In this document: one piece after another, positions 58,510 to 59,959 of the stretch
Numbering within the stretch: the first letter of the stretch is position 1
Layout: each line of letters starts with the position of its first letter
NCBI GenBank assembly: GCA_964434145.1
Contig: CAYSUG010000004.1
Span: 1-59,959, forward strand
DNA from: an uncultured Christensenella sp.
GTDB lineage: Bacteria; Bacillota; Clostridia; Christensenellales; UBA1242
Length of the DNA: 59,959 nucleotides
Direction: 5' to 3'
Translations under genes and position numbers: made by a program
Notes under the pieces: model-generated
Told to the model about the DNA's origin: nothing
Seen by the model: the letters and a program-made list of their open reading frames with translations, nothing else
Database searches by the model: none

Positions 58510-59829
58510 CTATGCACTATAGAATCCCCACAAATCAAAAGACACACTAAGGCCTGTAACAGCATTGGGTGTCGAACCAGACACAGCTATAACGAATGTT
58601 ACACTATTCTCAATAAATTCTGAATCGTCAAGACTGTAATAATCAGTAAATTCACTACTATAATTCTCACGAAGTTCGCCATATGTTACAGTCTTGTTAC
58701 TAGATGAGTACGTGGTCAAATCTGCACTATTAGTACTAGTACCTATCTTATATGTATAACCAGAGGTTATAGAAGATAGTGTCATCGATGCCATATCTAG
58801 ACACTTGTTACTAGTCAGTGTATATACATAATAAGTTGTATTATAATAATCAGACTCTGATGAATATATATCATCTTGCAAGATATCTAATGTCTGTGCA
58901 ATAACGGTAGAACCTGGCCAATTGGGATATGTTTCCTTTGCATACATATCTATATATTTAGAATCCAATAAGGTAGTTGGGCTATTATAACCGCCGTATA
59001 CATCAAGAGTAAGCTTAGCAGAGGTATTTAATATATAAATATTTTGACCTACAATACTGGTGGTTAGTGACTTTGTTTTACTCTCCTCAAATGTATTAGA
59101 ATATATATCTTTGCCCAGTTGGATATTGAATCCAACAGAAAGGTCAGCATCCATAGACAAATCATCTGGCTCTAGCCTTAGGATAATAGTTGCAGACTCG
59201 TCCGCTGGTCGAATAGATACATATTCTGAACTTCTCTCTGACAGACAATATTGATAATGTCCACAAACTCCCTCAAAAGTATCAGTATCTGAATTGTAAA
59301 GATAACCATCGACATCATTAAACTCTTTTCCAATACTTACCTTGATGTTATCATCCGCTGTCTCGCCAATTGTATTAACTAGTACACCTAATGCTGGCGC
59401 CTCATCAGTATGCGTATGAGCATAATTCGATGCCAAAGATCCATCATAATCTCCCGCTACCAGATTAGGTGTATCTAGGTTACTGATCTTGAAGCGATAC
59501 TCTACGTATTCACCAGCACCTAACTCAACATCCTCGAATGTAAAGCCACCCTCTACAGACTCATCTGCAGGATGGAATTGTACACTGCCAGATGCTACTC
59601 CATCTGCTCCGTCATCTATTAATACTGTCGTACTTGTACCGCTTGGATTCACTACCTTGGCACTAGCTTCAATCTTCGCATTCACATTAACAGCCTTGTA
59701 TGACACGGTCATGCTATTGGAAACAGTAACACGTGTAGCCACCAGAACCAGTGCAATAGTTGCTCCTATTAACGCAAGAGCCATAATCGCAATAATGCTA
59801 ATTATTATAACTTTTTGTTTTGTTTTCAT
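58510..59829 (-). CDS. N-terminally anchored surface protein, paralog of the N-domain family (439 aa)
   Basis: The likely start is the ATG at 59829 (MKTKQKVIIISIIAIMALALIGATIALVLVA) with AAAGGAG 7 nt upstream. This is the same start context as 21378..23213. The motifs SMTVSYKAVNV and YVEYRFKISNLDTPN are shared with the paralogs. Confidence 0.8.
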   Translation of the reverse strand: MKTKQKVIIISIIAIMALALIGATIALVLVATRVTVSNSMTVSYKAVNVNAKIEASAKVVNPSGTSTTVLIDDGADGVASGSVQFHPADESVEGGFTFEDVELGAGEYVEYRFKISNLDTPNLVAGDYDGSLASNYAHTHTDEAPALGVLVNTIGETADDNIKVSIGKEFNDVDGYLYNSDTDTFEGVCGHYQYCLSERSSEYVSIRPADESATIILRLEPDDLSMDADLSVGFNIQLGKDIYSNTFEESKTKSLTTSIVGQNIYILNTSAKLTLDVYGGYNSPTTLLDSKYIDMYAKETYPNWPGSTVIAQTLDILQDDIYSSESDYYNTTYYVYTLTSNKCLDMASMTLSSITSGYTYKIGTSTNSADLTTYSSSNKTVTYGELRENYSSEFTDYYSLDDSEFIENSVTFVIAVSGSTPNAVTGLSVSFDLWGFYSA

Positions 59830-59892
59830 TCGTTTTCTCCTTTTTTTCATCATACTGCATGGCTCAAAACCGCACCATACAACTATAGTAGC

Positions 59893-59923
59893 AGTATACA
59901 CTACCCCCCCCCCCCCGGGGGGG
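59893..59923 (-). promoter_or_regulatory. candidate promoter region: C7-G13-TAGTG-TATACT upstream of the 439-aa gene
   Basis: On the minus strand, G13 is at 59916-59904, preceded by C7 at 59923-59917 and followed by TAGTG and TATACT at 59898-59893. The layout mirrors 23274-23306. It lies at the window end, so a possible -35 is not interpretable. Confidence 0.45.
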
Positions 59924-59959
59924 AAGGAACGGGGGGAAGGGGTTAAGTTTTGTGTGGGG

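Noticed and set aside
59830-59901. The N-terminal extension MYTATIVVWCGFEPCSMMKKRRKR of the 463-aa ORF.
   Set aside because: The reasoning is the same: the AAAGGAG SD sits 7 nt before the ATG at 59829, and the extension overlaps the putative -10 box.

Overview
The window is about 60 kb of an AT-rich chromosome from a spore-forming Firmicute, probably Clostridia-like. That placement rests on spoIVA, veg, a NodB-type deacetylase, pflAB and fhs. I estimated GC by eye at roughly one third; I did not compute it. Almost every gene is on the minus strand.

Housekeeping genes recognised from their translations:
- groES (partial) and groEL
- pflA and pflB
- spoIVA
- a U32-peptidase plus O-methyltransferase pair, like B. 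subtilis yrrM/yrrNO
- rnj
- fhs, rdgB and tsaD
- prfB, with the classic CTT TGA C +1 frameshift
- secA, trmL, a tandem-OB SSB-like protein, a polysaccharide deacetylase, an RluA-family pseudouridine synthase, veg and typA

Accessory content:
1. Two giant N-terminally anchored surface proteins of about 1975 aa and 4148 aa.
2. A three-member paralog family of N-terminally anchored proteins. Two of these genes have long poly-G tracts (G15 and G13) directly upstream of the -10 box. These are candidate slipped-strand phase-variation switches. The third has the same kind of promoter with an uninterrupted 17-nt spacer.
3. A TTGACA-(AT)9-TATAAT promoter in front of an unknown gene, a second kind of candidate contingency promoter.
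4. A duplicated two-gene module: a Gly/Ala-zipper membrane protein followed by a double-DUF1292-like acidic protein.
5. An insertion of about 4.6 kb between secA and prfB, which are usually linked. It carries three tandem GNAT paralogs, a degenerate tandem-repeat array, a very AT-rich small ORF and an LRR plus transglutaminase-like protein.

I saw no tRNA, rRNA, CRISPR-cas, transposase or integrase. All family assignments come from motif recognition in the supplied translations. No database search was run.
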